Counted from the first letter of the stretch, positions 50,554-61,942 are shown. The stretch is DNA of 64,000 nucleotides from Elusimicrobiota bacterium (GCA_041658185.1 JBBAAR010000001.1:122400-186399), one strand, 5' to 3'. Numbers and translations: made by a program. Notes: a model not told the origin generated them from the sequence alone.

Positions 50554-52746
50554 ATGAAAAAACCGCTGATAGCAATAACAGTTTCCTACATACTAATTAT
50601 CGTGCTTATGGAAATGCTCGGTATTCTTAATAAAATTCCTGCCGGCAATATCGCAAGACAATCAACCGGAGACACCGCAGTTATCACAGGTAAAATTATA
50701 TCCGAGCCGGAAGAAAGCGACAGTAAAACATCTTTTATTCTAAAGACAACAAAAATTAACGGCACAGACACGAAAGGTAATGTTTTGGTGAATTATTATG
50801 CTGAAGAAAATAATTTTTCCTACGGCGATATCGTTGAAATAACCGGAAAATTTTTCAGACCGGATACGCCATCGGTTCCAGGAACTTTTGATTATAAAAA
50901 ATATTTATTCAGAAAAAGAATTTATGCATTGTTGTCGGTTTTTAAGAATTATGACATTCAGATTATAGACAGAAAACCGTTTTTTATCCGGCAGTTATCA
51001 TTGAAATTGCGGCAACAGATTCTTGAATCTTATAAAAAAAATCTCCTTCCGCAACAAGCGGCAGTTTTATCCGGCATAACTATCGGGGAAAAATCCGGGC
51101 TTACAACTTACATCCAGAAAATTTTTATTGACGCGGGCGTAATGCATGTCCTGGTGGTCAGCGGTTCAAATGTGGCATTCGTATCGGTAATTTTTTTCTG
51201 GATATTCAGAAGTATTCTACGGTTAAAAAAGAAAATCTCACTCGGCCTTTTAATCCCCATTATCCTGCTTTATGCGATGATTACCGGCGCCAATCCTCCT
51301 GTTTTACGGGCAACAATAATGACGCTTATCGTTATTTTTGCCCTGCTTTTATCAAGAAACGCCGATATTTATCAGGACATATTTTTGGCGGCGCTTATAA
51401 TTTTGATTTACAATCCGCTTACATTATTTGAAGCCGGTTTCCAGATGTCTTTTGCGGCAACACTCGGTATAATTTATTTTTTTCCGATTTTTCAGTCGGC
51501 TATGAAAATTCACAAACTTCCGAAATTTTGCAACTGGTTTTTAAGCGTTTTTCTCGCCTCGTTTTCCGCACAAATTGCAATCGCACCGTTACTGGCTTAT
51601 TATTTCAACAAGGTATCCTTAATAGCGCTTGTCTCAAATCTTGTGATATTGCCGATGATCGGGATTTCGCTCGGCGCAGGTTTTGCTTTGTATTTTGCAA
51701 GTTTAATCGGAACGCAGTTGTTATTTATCGTATCAAAACTTACGGGTGGAGTGGTGTCTGTTATAACATATCTGGTTGATATGTTCGCAAATGTTCCTTA
51801 TTCAACGGTAAGAATACCCACGCCCTCAATATATTTTATACTGCTTTTTTACATAATCGTCGTCGGGCTTCCGAAAATTAAAAATTATATCTGGAAACGA
51901 ATCGTTATTTTGTCATTCGGAATTTTGATATTCCTGCCTGTATTGAATTATTTTTCAGAAAATAAAAAAAATCTGGAAATTACATTTATAGATGTAGGAC
52001 TTGGCGATGATGTCTTGTGCGAATTTCCCGACGGCTCAAATATGCTTATTGACGGCGGCGGCGATTGGGGAGCAAAATATGATATCGGTGAAACGGTTAT
52101 TTCTCCGTTCTTGTGGAATAAAGGCATTATGAAAATTGACACCATAGTCCTTACCCATCCGCATATCAACCATTTTCAGGGACTTATTGCTGTTTGTAAT
52201 AATTTCAAAATTAAAAAATTTATTACGACCGGTGAGGTTTCCAAAGAAGACGAATATCTGGAATTGATGAAAATTTTAAGAAAAAAGAAAGTTATTGTTG
52301 AAAAAATATCTGCAGGTGTTCATTTTAATATCGGAAATATATCTGTTGATGTCTTAAATCCTGAAAAGATTCTGCCGGAAACCGACGACAACTCAATAGT
52401 TATGAAACTTTCGTATAATGATTTTTCAATTTTATTCTGCGGCGACATTACCCGAAAAACACAAAACATTCTTACTGAAAAAAATATTAATTCAACTGTT
52501 CTGTTTGTTCCAAGCCATGGAAAAAAGAAACTGCTTTTGGATTTCTTGTTAACAATTTCCCCGGAATATGCTATAATATCAACCGATATGCCGGCATCAT
52601 CAGTCCTTGAACAACTTAACTGGTGTAAATTGTTCACCACATCCGCATCGGGGACTTTAACCATTTACACCAACGGACGATATTGGAAAATAAGGGAAAC
52701 GATTAAAGATATACCCATGGATATGATAATTCTGGATTGGGAGTAA
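50554..52746 (+). CDS. comEC: second ComEC/Rec2 DNA internalization channel (full length)
   Basis: DUF4131-like N-terminus, GVMHVLVVSGSNVAFV competence motif, and C-terminal MBL domain (ITFIDVGLGDDVLCEFPDGSNMLIDGGG, THPHINHFQG). The track start at 50515 is TTG; the ATG at 50554 (MKKPLIAI) is preferred. Confidence 0.8.
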   Translation: MKKPLIAITVSYILIIVLMEMLGILNKIPAGNIARQSTGDTAVITGKIISEPEESDSKTSFILKTTKINGTDTKGNVLVNYYAEENNFSYGDIVEITGKFFRPDTPSVPGTFDYKKYLFRKRIYALLSVFKNYDIQIIDRKPFFIRQLSLKLRQQILESYKKNLLPQQAAVLSGITIGEKSGLTTYIQKIFIDAGVMHVLVVSGSNVAFVSVIFFWIFRSILRLKKKISLGLLIPIILLYAMITGANPPVLRATIMTLIVIFALLLSRNADIYQDIFLAALIILIYNPLTLFEAGFQMSFAATLGIIYFFPIFQSAMKIHKLPKFCNWFLSVFLASFSAQIAIAPLLAYYFNKVSLIALVSNLVILPMIGISLGAGFALYFASLIGTQLLFIVSKLTGGVVSVITYLVDMFANVPYSTVRIPTPSIYFILLFYIIVVGLPKIKNYIWKRIVILSFGILIFLPVLNYFSENKKNLEITFIDVGLGDDVLCEFPDGSNMLIDGGGDWGAKYDIGETVISPFLWNKGIMKIDTIVLTHPHINHFQGLIAVCNNFKIKKFITTGEVSKEDEYLELMKILRKKKVIVEKISAGVHFNIGNISVDVLNPEKILPETDDNSIVMKLSYNDFSILFCGDITRKTQNILTEKNINSTVLFVPSHGKKKLLLDFLLTISPEYAIISTDMPASSVLEQLNWCKLFTTSASGTLTIYTNGRYWKIRETIKDIPMDMIILDWE

Positions 52747-52751
52747 AAACT

Positions 52752-53537
52752 ATGAAAAATATTTTTATTATTGCAAACAAGGAAAAACCGAAAGCCGTTG
52801 AATTTTCAAAAAAAATATCCGGATGGCTTAAAAAACAAAAAATAAAAACGGATGAAAAAATCGCCATTGTCTTAGGCGGCGACGGAATGATGCTTAAGTC
52901 CGCACGGGAACTGTCACCAAAAAATATTCCTTTATTCGGGGTCAATCTCGGAAAACTGGGATTTCTCGCGGGAACCGATTTGAAAAATGTTTTTATATCT
53001 GTTAAAAAAATTATTAAAGGCATCTACAAAATTGAAGAAAGGAGTATGCTGAAAATAGAAATACTTCGGAACAAAAAAATAATAAACAATTTTATTGCCT
53101 TGAACGATGCCGTTATAAAAAACGGCAAAACTGCAAGAGTTATAAACTTAAATCTCAATATCAATAATAAACAGGTCACGGAAATAACCGCCGACGGACT
53201 GATTATTTCAACCCCCACCGGTTCAACCGCTTATTCGCTGGCGGCAAACGGGCCTATTGTTCATCCAAAAACACAAAATATAATCATAACGCCCATTGCC
53301 CCGCACACTTTAAGTCAAAGACCAGTAATTATTCCGGATAATTTTATAATAGATGTAAGGGTAAATTCTAATCATACCGATGTGATTTTATCAATCGACG
53401 GACAGATTGACTTGACGCTTTCTGCCGGCGATATTGTAAAAATACAAAAATATAAAACGCCCGTGAAACTGATTACCGTAGGTAAGAATGATTATTTTGA
53501 GGTTTTGCGGAAAAAACTTAACTGGGGAAACAGATAA
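52752..53537 (+). CDS. nadK: NAD(+) kinase
   Basis: GGDGMML, NDAVI, and DGLIISTPTGSTAYSLAANGPIVHP. Confidence 0.85.
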   Translation: MKNIFIIANKEKPKAVEFSKKISGWLKKQKIKTDEKIAIVLGGDGMMLKSARELSPKNIPLFGVNLGKLGFLAGTDLKNVFISVKKIIKGIYKIEERSMLKIEILRNKKIINNFIALNDAVIKNGKTARVINLNLNINNKQVTEITADGLIISTPTGSTAYSLAANGPIVHPKTQNIIITPIAPHTLSQRPVIIPDNFIIDVRVNSNHTDVILSIDGQIDLTLSAGDIVKIQKYKTPVKLITVGKNDYFEVLRKKLNWGNR

Positions 53538-55219
53538 TGCTGGACACATTCCTTATAAAAAACTTCGCCATTATTGATGACATAACAATTGATTTTGGTA
53601 CGGGCTTGAATATACTGACGGGCGAAACGGGTGCCGGAAAATCTATAATTATAGATGCTCTTGGACTAATACTCGGCGACAGGGCAAACACAAAAATTGT
53701 AAGAAAAAATGCACAGAGTTGCGAACTGACCGCAAGTTTTAACATTGAAAATCTTAAATCGTTGAAAAAATTACTGGCTGAAATAGGTGTCCCGCAGGAA
53801 GACACACTTATTATCAAACGGGAAATAACCGCCGACGGAAAAACCAAATGTTTCATAAACGGTTCCATTGCATCGGTAGGGATGTTGCAGACAATCTCAT
53901 CCGCACTTGTGGATATACACGGCCAACACGAGCACCAATCGCTTATTAAACCCGACAACCAAAGAGATATGCTTGACAGATACGGAAACCTTGAAAAATT
54001 AAAATTGGAAATAGCGAATGTTTTCGGCAAATTCACATCGCTTAAAAACCAGTTATATGAACTGAAAAATTCGGAAAAAGACCGCATCCAAAAACTTGAC
54101 CTCTACAAGTATCAACTCAAAGAAATTGAGGAAGCAAAATTATTTGAGATGGATGAAAACGGCCTGGAAAATGAAATTAACCGTCTGAATAATGCCGAAA
54201 AACTTTTTAATTATGCGAACGATATCTATTCGCTCCTATACGAGTCCGACGGGTCGGCGGTTGAAAAACTGGGCATTGCAAAAAAACATATAGAAAATCT
54301 TGCGGCAATAGACAGGCAGGAGTTTGAAAACACTGCAATCATCAACCGGACAGTTGAAGATGTAAAATCTCTCGCAGATACATTCCGTCAATATAAGGAA
54401 TCCGTTGAATTTAACCCAAAACGGCTGGAAGAAATTATTGTAAAAATTGAACTTATAAAAAAACTGAAAAGAAAATATGCACCGACTGTAAAAGAAATTC
54501 TTGATTACGCAGATAATATAAAAAAGCAAATAAACTTTTATGAATTAGCGGACGAAAACATCGCTAAACTTGAAAAAGACGGAAGAGCGGCAGAGTCAAA
54601 ACTAAAAGAAATATCTATTGAACTTTCGGAAAAGCGGAACGCGGCAGCAAAAAAACTTTCAAAAGGAATTGAAGCGGAACTTGCAGAATTAGGAATGGCA
54701 AAATCAAAATTTTTTATTTCTGTTGAAAAGGAAACTGATGAAAACGGGGACTATCACTTTAAGTCATCGGGAATTGACAGAATAGAATATAAAATTGCAG
54801 CAAATGTCGGCGAGGACTTAAAGCCGCTTAAAACGGTTGCATCGGGCGGTGAGATGTCGCGGGTTATGCTTGCCATAAAAACGGTGCTCGCAAAAGCGGA
54901 TGATACTCCGACTTTGATTTTTGATGAAATAGATGCCGGGCTTTCGGGACCGATGGGACAGGTAGTCGGAAAAAAATTAAGCGTTCTCTCCAAAAACCAT
55001 CAGATACTTTGCATTACCCATCTGCCTCAACTTGCGGCATTTTCATCGGAACATTTTCATATATCAAAAATTACGGACGGCGGAAAGACGAAAACATTGG
55101 TTTCTAAACTTAACGCGGGTGAAAAAGTTACAGAATTATCACGAATGCTCGGCGGTGGCATTGAATCCGAAACATCAATAAAACATGCTAAAGAACTTAT
55201 AAAACAGACAAGAAAATGA
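53537..55219 (+). CDS. recN: DNA repair protein RecN
   Basis: MLDTFLIKNFAIIDDITIDFGTGLNILTGETGAGKSIIIDAL N-terminus, coiled-coil middle and SMC-like C-terminus (LIFDEIDAGLSG). Confidence 0.85.
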   Translation: MLDTFLIKNFAIIDDITIDFGTGLNILTGETGAGKSIIIDALGLILGDRANTKIVRKNAQSCELTASFNIENLKSLKKLLAEIGVPQEDTLIIKREITADGKTKCFINGSIASVGMLQTISSALVDIHGQHEHQSLIKPDNQRDMLDRYGNLEKLKLEIANVFGKFTSLKNQLYELKNSEKDRIQKLDLYKYQLKEIEEAKLFEMDENGLENEINRLNNAEKLFNYANDIYSLLYESDGSAVEKLGIAKKHIENLAAIDRQEFENTAIINRTVEDVKSLADTFRQYKESVEFNPKRLEEIIVKIELIKKLKRKYAPTVKEILDYADNIKKQINFYELADENIAKLEKDGRAAESKLKEISIELSEKRNAAAKKLSKGIEAELAELGMAKSKFFISVEKETDENGDYHFKSSGIDRIEYKIAANVGEDLKPLKTVASGGEMSRVMLAIKTVLAKADDTPTLIFDEIDAGLSGPMGQVVGKKLSVLSKNHQILCITHLPQLAAFSSEHFHISKITDGGKTKTLVSKLNAGEKVTELSRMLGGGIESETSIKHAKELIKQTRK

Positions 55220-56550
55220 ACTATAAAAAAACTTTTGGACCTATAATTATTCTTTTTACTTTTTTAACAATTACCGTGCTTTCGTTTGTTTTCAAAAATA
55301 ATTTTGTCGGCATGTTTGCGTTGTTTTTTGTTTTGATAATAATTTCGCCGGCGGCAGTATCTGAACTTCTGATAACAGATTTGATTGCTCTTTTAGTGAG
55401 TTTGACGGGACTTATTGGAATGAGTTTTACCGACGGCGTTGAAAGATTTTTTCTTTTGGGCGAAATTGCTGCCGTCTGGGGTTTTGTTTGGATTATTCAT
55501 CTGTTTAATGACAGGGCAAAGTATCGGGAAGCAGAAAATAAAAACAAATTAACCGATATGGCGGCGGAAATTGAAAAAACAAAAAAGGAATTTTTTGCCA
55601 ATAAAATTAAATTAGAAAAAATTTCATTGCGGATTGCACAATACAAAAATTTGACTTTTGCCACAAAAGAAATAACAAAAACCGATAATTTGCAGGAATT
55701 GAAGGAAAAACTAAAAGATATAACAAAACGGATATTAAAATGTGATAATGCACGGCTTACAACTTTTCTTCCGACCGACGACAGGCCGCCGGATATTTTT
55801 GACGCATGGGTCGTGCAGAAACAGTCGCCGCTTTTAATTGCGAATACACTGCGTGATTATCGTTTTGATTATTCTTCCATTCCAAAATCAATAAAATCAA
55901 TAATAGCCGTTCCTATTTTTCACAACAAAAATATAATCGGCATTATAAGATTAGATTCGCAGGAAGAAAACAGATTTTTGCAGGAAGATATGGTCGTCGT
56001 CAACTTACTCGTGGGTGTGGCGGAAATGACGGTTGAAAATATAACACTGCTTGAAAAAACAAAAGACCTTTCAATTATAGACGGACTGACCGGTGTTTAT
56101 GTACGGAAATTTTTTGATGAACGACTACACCAAGAAATAACAAGGGCTTCCCGGTTCAAAACCCCTCTTTGCGTAATACTTTCCGATATTGACCATTTCA
56201 AAAAATTCAACGATACATACGGCCATCAGCAGGGTGACGAGGCGTTGAAAAGATTTTCACAGATTTTAAAAAATAATTGCCGTGAAATGGATATCGTGAC
56301 AAGATACGGCGGCGAGGAATTTGCGGTAATACTGCCGGAGACATCAAAGAATGAATGTATGGAAATTGCCGAAAATATACGAAATAATTTTCAAAATGAA
56401 ATCATTAACGGACAGCATATCACCGTATCTATCGGCATATCCGCATATCCCGACGACGCTACGGAACACAGCCAACTTATACGAAAATCCGACGAACGAC
56501 TCTACATTGCGAAGTCAACGGGACGGAACAAAATTGTATGGAAAAATTAA
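55216..56550 (+). CDS. membrane-anchored GAF-GGDEF diguanylate cyclase
   Basis: N-terminal TM helices, a GAF-like region, and GGDEF with RYGGEEFAVILPE. Confidence 0.75.
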   Translation: MNYKKTFGPIIILFTFLTITVLSFVFKNNFVGMFALFFVLIIISPAAVSELLITDLIALLVSLTGLIGMSFTDGVERFFLLGEIAAVWGFVWIIHLFNDRAKYREAENKNKLTDMAAEIEKTKKEFFANKIKLEKISLRIAQYKNLTFATKEITKTDNLQELKEKLKDITKRILKCDNARLTTFLPTDDRPPDIFDAWVVQKQSPLLIANTLRDYRFDYSSIPKSIKSIIAVPIFHNKNIIGIIRLDSQEENRFLQEDMVVVNLLVGVAEMTVENITLLEKTKDLSIIDGLTGVYVRKFFDERLHQEITRASRFKTPLCVILSDIDHFKKFNDTYGHQQGDEALKRFSQILKNNCREMDIVTRYGGEEFAVILPETSKNECMEIAENIRNNFQNEIINGQHITVSIGISAYPDDATEHSQLIRKSDERLYIAKSTGRNKIVWKN

Positions 56551-57749
56551 TTATTTTTTCACCTTTAATAACATTTATTATCGGATATAATGCCGGAATA
56601 AATTTTTCCCGTATATTCGCGGTATTATTTTCCGTTTGTGCGGTAATTTTCCCGAAGGCTTCGTATCTTGAAGGTGTAGTCACGATTTTGGCATTATTTT
56701 TAACGGAATTTTTTCTTGAAAAATTTTACAGGAATATGAAGTCATTAAGACGGCTTTTTAACGATAAACTTAGGGATTTGGTGGACGAACTTTCATCGCT
56801 TAAAAAAGATTCTGATACGACGAAACTGGTACTTGTTCGTAACGAAAAGGTTATTAAAAATATTCTGCACATTTACGAACTTTCAAAAGACATTGCATCT
56901 TACGTTGATTTAGAAAAAATGTTTTTACTTATTGTTCAGTCGCTGGACCAGCAGTTCACCATAAAAGATGTCGTTATGAAAATATTTGACGGCAATAAAA
57001 TTTTTTCCAAAGGGGTCTATTCGGACAAAAAAGGCGCATCTTTTGATATTGATGAAACCGCCAAGATTCTTAAAATTTCAAAAAATATAATTCATCTTCC
57101 GATGAATATCGGCGATAAATACTTCGGGGTTATCTCGGCAAAAATTCCTCCTCTATTTGAAAAAGATGCTGAATTTGTGAACGAAATATCTGCATTTGTT
57201 GAAGAACTTAATCCTGCCGTACAAAGAGCAATCCTCTACTTAAAAGTGGAGGAAATGTCACGCACCGACGGACTAACGGGACTTTACAGGCGGGGATATT
57301 TTAATGAACGGCTTAAAGAAGAGGAACTGCGCGCAAAAAGGTCAAACGGCAGATTTTCAATTCTTATGACGGACATTGACCATTTCAAAAAAGTTAACGA
57401 CACCTACGGTCATCAGGCAGGAGATATGGTGCTTAAAACGGTGACAGAAATTCTGAAAAATTCTATTTATGAGACGGATTTTGCGGCACGATACGGGGGC
57501 GAGGAATTTGTCGTGATTTTTCCAAAAACGGACCCGGAAGGTCTGAAAATCAAGGCTGAAAAAATCCGCCGAAAAATAGAGGAAACGGAAATTACCGTCG
57601 GACTTGAAAAAATAAAAGTGACCGCCTCATTCGGTATAGCCCATTATCCGAAAGACAGTCAAGTCGCAGAAGAAGTTTTACGCTGTGCCGATATGTCACT
57701 TTATAAATCCAAACAAACTGGCAGAAACAAAGTAACGGAATTTGAATAA
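56538..57749 (+). CDS. GGDEF-domain diguanylate cyclase
   Basis: RYGGEEFVVIFPK and a conserved DxD region; the N-terminal sensor part is of unknown type. Confidence 0.75.
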   Translation: MEKLIIFSPLITFIIGYNAGINFSRIFAVLFSVCAVIFPKASYLEGVVTILALFLTEFFLEKFYRNMKSLRRLFNDKLRDLVDELSSLKKDSDTTKLVLVRNEKVIKNILHIYELSKDIASYVDLEKMFLLIVQSLDQQFTIKDVVMKIFDGNKIFSKGVYSDKKGASFDIDETAKILKISKNIIHLPMNIGDKYFGVISAKIPPLFEKDAEFVNEISAFVEELNPAVQRAILYLKVEEMSRTDGLTGLYRRGYFNERLKEEELRAKRSNGRFSILMTDIDHFKKVNDTYGHQAGDMVLKTVTEILKNSIYETDFAARYGGEEFVVIFPKTDPEGLKIKAEKIRRKIEETEITVGLEKIKVTASFGIAHYPKDSQVAEEVLRCADMSLYKSKQTGRNKVTEFE

Positions 57750-57765
57750 TATCGGAAAGATAATT

Positions 57766-59037
57766 TTAAATCTTTCTTTTCATCGCGCAGAATTCCCCGC
57801 ACATTGAACAGACATCTTTGCTTTTTGCAGAAATCCGTTTTTCAAATTCAGAAGGATTTATTGAAAGCGCTTTTTGTTTTTTCCAGTTAAAATTTTTTCT
57901 CGCCTTTGAAAGTTCATAATCCATCCGGAGCGAATTTTTATAACCCCTTGCAATTTCAGCAGAATGAGCGGCTATCCGGGAAGCAATAACGCCGTTTTTT
58001 ACATCTTCTAAATCCGGTAATGTTAAATGTTCGCTGGGTGTGACATAACACAGAAAATCGGCGCCGTAATAACCGGCCAAAGCACCGCCGATGGCAGAGG
58101 TAATATGGTCGTAACCCGGTGCAATATCCGTCGTTAACGGTCCTAAAACATAAAAAGGCGCGTTATGGCAGTATTTTTTTTCAAGTTTGATGTTTTTTTC
58201 AATCTGATTCAGTGGAACATGACCTGGACCTTCAATCATTGTCTGAACATTTCGCACTATCGCATATTTTTGTAATTTGCCGAGTGTTTTTAATTCTTCT
58301 ATCTGGGCGGCATCGGTATTATCAGCGATACAACCGGGACGCAACCCGTCGCCCAGAGAAATTACTGCATCATATTTTTTTGCAATATTTAAGAGTTCGT
58401 CAAAATTTTCATAAAACGGATTTTCTTTTTTATTGTGAAGCATCCACTCGGCGAGAAATGAACCGCCGCGCGAAACAATTCCGACAAGCCGTTTTTTCTT
58501 TTTAAGAATTTCAAGGGCTTTAAGCGTCAAGCCGCAATGCAACGTTACGAAATCAACACCATCGGAAAGTTGTTTTTCTACTTCTTCCAACATCTGTCCG
58601 GCGTTTGCACTTTCGGCAAATCTTTTTTTTCTGTGCGACAATTCGCATATCAATCCGTAGAGCGGAACTGTACCGACGGGCACGGATGACGTTTCAATAA
58701 CCATTTTTCTTATTTTTGAAATGTTGCCGCCCGTTGATAAATCCATAACGGCATCCGCACCGTATTTTATAGCGGTTAAAACTTTTTGTTTTTCATAACG
58801 GATGTTGACATTCATCGGCGAGGTCCCTATGTTCGCGTTGACTTTTATTCTAAGATTTCTGCCGATGCCGACGATACGGAATTTAGTATTTGATTTTCGT
58901 CTGTTATTTTTTAAAATAACTATTCTTCCGTTAATAACACTTTTTTTAATAAATTCGGCGGGAACTTGCTCATATTTAGCGACTTCCCGCATTTCACGCG
59001 TTGTAATATTTTTTTTAGCAGATTCTATCTGTGTCAT
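57766..59037 (-). CDS. thiC: phosphomethylpyrimidine synthase ThiC
   Basis: Radical-SAM-type C-terminal CSMCGEFCAMK cluster and overall ThiC-like sequence (about 420 aa). Confidence 0.75.
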   Translation of the reverse strand: MTQIESAKKNITTREMREVAKYEQVPAEFIKKSVINGRIVILKNNRRKSNTKFRIVGIGRNLRIKVNANIGTSPMNVNIRYEKQKVLTAIKYGADAVMDLSTGGNISKIRKMVIETSSVPVGTVPLYGLICELSHRKKRFAESANAGQMLEEVEKQLSDGVDFVTLHCGLTLKALEILKKKKRLVGIVSRGGSFLAEWMLHNKKENPFYENFDELLNIAKKYDAVISLGDGLRPGCIADNTDAAQIEELKTLGKLQKYAIVRNVQTMIEGPGHVPLNQIEKNIKLEKKYCHNAPFYVLGPLTTDIAPGYDHITSAIGGALAGYYGADFLCYVTPSEHLTLPDLEDVKNGVIASRIAAHSAEIARGYKNSLRMDYELSKARKNFNWKKQKALSINPSEFEKRISAKSKDVCSMCGEFCAMKRKI

Positions 59038-59432
59038 ATTATTTTTTTTACAATTTCTTTCTCTATATCGTAAACCGTAAATCTTATTTTTTTAAATTTT
59101 GAACCGGCAGAAGCAGAAATAATTTTTGAGAATTCCTCAAGCACCCGCAGGGATTCTTCGGCCCTTTTTATATTTGAGACGACGACAGAAAAACTATTTT
59201 TTTTACGGGGCTCTTTTGTCCGGCGGAAAACATCGTTTTTACTGTCCCGGGATGAAACTAACTGCGGATAAACAGTTCTTGCTATTTTGTCAATCTTATG
59301 TCTTTGTTTTTTTATTACCGACGCCAAATTCTCATCAGACATTACAAATCTTGAAAAGTCCTCTATAACCCGCAAACCCTCTCTTGACCTGTTCAGGTTA
59401 GCATCAATAATTCTTAATATATTTTTTCTCAT
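59034..59432 (-). CDS. hypothetical protein, translationally coupled to thiC
   Basis: 132-aa ORF overlapping thiC by 4 nt. I cannot assign a family. Confidence 0.3.
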   Translation of the reverse strand: MRKNILRIIDANLNRSREGLRVIEDFSRFVMSDENLASVIKKQRHKIDKIARTVYPQLVSSRDSKNDVFRRTKEPRKKNSFSVVVSNIKRAEESLRVLEEFSKIISASAGSKFKKIRFTVYDIEKEIVKKII

Positions 59433-59433
59433 T

Positions 59434-59904
59434 TTAGAGATTTTTCAGTTTTTCTATGATTTTGGTCGTGGAGCGGCCTTTTGCAAGCGGGATTCTTACA
59501 ACCTTTTTTGCGAATTCACTGCCGACGATTTTTTCGCTTTTCCAATCGGCGCCTTTCACTAAAACATCAGGCATGATTTTTTTTATAAGTTCGTAAGGTG
59601 TGGGTTGCAAAAATTTCACTATGAAATCAATTGAAGATATGGCTGAGAGAACTTCTGCTCTTTCATTTTCGGAAATTATCGGACGGTTTTTGTCTTTTAT
59701 TTTTTTTACGGACGAATCGGAGTTTAACCCGACTATTAAAATATCCCCGAACGATTTCGCTTTATTAAGGAGACGGGTATGACCTATATGAAGAATATCA
59801 AAACATCCGTTAGTAAAAACAATTTTTTTGCCGGATTTTTTTAATTTTCTGACGATTTCGGAAATTTGATTTTGGGATTTGATTTTAGAAAATTTCATCT
59901 TCAA
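59434..59904 (-). CDS. D-glycero-beta-D-manno-heptose 1-phosphate adenylyltransferase (RfaE domain II / HldC-like cytidylyltransferase fold)
   Basis: VFTNGCFDILHIGHTRLL...IVGLNSDSSVKKIK matches the HldE C-terminal domain. Adjacent to gmhA. Confidence 0.7.
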   Translation of the reverse strand: MKMKFSKIKSQNQISEIVRKLKKSGKKIVFTNGCFDILHIGHTRLLNKAKSFGDILIVGLNSDSSVKKIKDKNRPIISENERAEVLSAISSIDFIVKFLQPTPYELIKKIMPDVLVKGADWKSEKIVGSEFAKKVVRIPLAKGRSTTKIIEKLKNL

Positions 59905-60448
59905 CCAGTTTGCAAATAATATGCCCGACGGTAATATGCACTTCCTGAATTCTCGCGGTTATGTTTGACGGAACTTCCAAAGTTATGTCACAAACATTTT
60001 TTAATTTACCACCGGAAGAACCTGTAAGTCCCACCACAACCGCACCCTGTTTTTTTGATTGTTTTGCTCCCTCTACAACATTTTCCGAATTTCCGCTGGT
60101 GGAAATCGCAATCACTACATCTTTTTTTTCAACCGTTGATTCAACCTGTCTTGAAAAAATTTTATTAAAATTGTAATCATTCGCAATTGCGGTAATTGCG
60201 GATGTGTTTGTCGTAAGTGCAACCGCATTAAGTGATTTTCTCTCTTTTTCAAAACGGCTCACAAATTCCGTTACTATATGCTGGGCATCAGCAGCGGAAC
60301 CTCCGTTTCCGAAAATAACAACTTTTCCGCCGGTGCGGTAACATTTTATTATCTCTTGAGTAATTTTTTCAATAGTGCCGGAAAGTGATTTTGATTTTTC
60401 TTTTACGGCAATGCTGTCATTGATAATTTGTAAGATTTTCTGTTTCAT
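59885..60448 (-). CDS. gmhA: phosphoheptose isomerase (SIS domain)
   Basis: VVIFGNGGSAADAQHIVTEF and DVVIAISTSGNSENV SIS motifs. Confidence 0.75.
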   Translation of the reverse strand: MKQKILQIINDSIAVKEKSKSLSGTIEKITQEIIKCYRTGGKVVIFGNGGSAADAQHIVTEFVSRFEKERKSLNAVALTTNTSAITAIANDYNFNKIFSRQVESTVEKKDVVIAISTSGNSENVVEGAKQSKKQGAVVVGLTGSSGGKLKNVCDITLEVPSNITARIQEVHITVGHIICKLVEDEIF

Positions 60449-60469
60449 TTTTTTACTCTTTACGCGGAG

Positions 60470-60575
60470 CGAAGCAAGAAATTTCTGCAGGTTTTGAATT
60501 TGCGACCTATACCCTGCAGGAGCAAATTCTTTAAGCGACTACAAAAGAGCGACCAAAGAAATTTGCTTGCGAGCG
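60470..60575. repeat. about 100-bp imperfect palindrome downstream of accC (GAGCGACC-containing)
   Basis: gcaagaaatttct...ctgcagg...cctgcagg...agaaatttgcttgcgagcgacc; shares the GAGCGACC motif with the element at 43040-43060. Confidence 0.4.
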
Positions 60576-60580
60576 ACCTT

Positions 60581-61930
60581 TTATTTCTCATTATAAATCC
60601 TTTTTTGAATGAAATTCGTATAAATCTCTCCTTTCTTAAAATAGTCATTCGCCAAAGTCGTCTTGTGGAAAGGAATGGTTGTTTTAATTCCGGTAATTTC
60701 AAATTCCGAAAGTGCGCGTTGCATCCTCGCAATTGCTTTTTCTCTTTTCGTGTCTATAACCAATAATTTTGCTATCAAACTGTCATACGCAGACGGCACG
60801 GTATAGCCGTTATAAATATGAGTATCTAATCTTACGCCGGGACCGCCGGGAAAAATTACCGATTCAATTTTGCCGGGGCTCGGGATAAAATCTTTTTCCG
60901 GGTCTTCCGCATTAATTCTGCATTCTATAACATGCCCTTTAATTACCACGTCATCATAATCATATCCCAACTGTTCGCCGCTAGCCAGACGAATCTGTTC
61001 TCTAACAAGGTCAACTCCGGAAACCATTTCCGTTACCGGATGCTCAACTTGAATGCGAGTGTTCATTTCCATAAAATAAAAATTTTCTTTTTTATCAACT
61101 AAAAACTCAATCGTGCCGGCGGTAAAATAATCAACGGCTTTTGCGGCAAGCCGAGCATAATGTCCCATCTTTTTTCTCAATTTCGGTGAAATGTTAGACG
61201 GCGATTCCTCAATCAGTTTTTGATGGCGTCTTTGAATTGAGCAGTCCCTTTCCGGATAAGATACTACATTCCCTTTTATATCGCCTAAAATTTGAAACTC
61301 AATGTGCTTCGGTTCTTCAAGATATTTTTCGAGATAGACGTCCCCGTTTCCGAACGCCGCTTTCGCTTCCGTCTGTGCGGTAATGATTGCATTTTTAAGT
61401 GCGTCCTCCGACGGGACAATACGCATCCCTTTACCGCCGCCGCCGGCAGATGCTTTTACAATTAAAGGATACCCTATTTTTTTTGCAATCTTAAAAAGTT
61501 TCGGGGTTTCGGCGGTGATACATTCTTCCGTTCCGGGAATAGTCGGAATTCCAGCTTTTTTCATCGTCTTCTTCGCCGTTGATTTATCTCCCATCTGCTG
61601 AATTGTGGTTTTGGTGGGACCTATAAATTTTATATTGCACGACTCGCAGACATCGGCAAAATATGTATTTTCCGATAAGAAACCGTAACCGGGATGAATC
61701 GCATCGGCGCCGGTTATTTCCGCGGCGGAAATTATATTTGCAATGTTCAGATAACTTTCCGAAGATTGTGCGGGACCGATACAAACCGATTCATCGGCAA
61801 ATTTTACATGAAGGCATTCGGCGTCAATATCGGAATGCACGGCGACAGTTCTTATGCCCATCTCCCGACAGGCACGGATAATCCTTACCGCTATTTCGCC
61901 TCTGTTCGCTATTAAAATTTTATTGAACAT
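60581..61930 (-). CDS. accC: acetyl-CoA carboxylase biotin carboxylase subunit
   Basis: [34 protein letters not shown] and the ATP-grasp motifs; 449 aa. Confidence 0.9.
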   Translation of the reverse strand: MFNKILIANRGEIAVRIIRACREMGIRTVAVHSDIDAECLHVKFADESVCIGPAQSSESYLNIANIISAAEITGADAIHPGYGFLSENTYFADVCESCNIKFIGPTKTTIQQMGDKSTAKKTMKKAGIPTIPGTEECITAETPKLFKIAKKIGYPLIVKASAGGGGKGMRIVPSEDALKNAIITAQTEAKAAFGNGDVYLEKYLEEPKHIEFQILGDIKGNVVSYPERDCSIQRRHQKLIEESPSNISPKLRKKMGHYARLAAKAVDYFTAGTIEFLVDKKENFYFMEMNTRIQVEHPVTEMVSGVDLVREQIRLASGEQLGYDYDDVVIKGHVIECRINAEDPEKDFIPSPGKIESVIFPGGPGVRLDTHIYNGYTVPSAYDSLIAKLLVIDTKREKAIARMQRALSEFEITGIKTTIPFHKTTLANDYFKKGEIYTNFIQKRIYNEK

Positions 61931-61942
61931 AATTCTGTGTAA

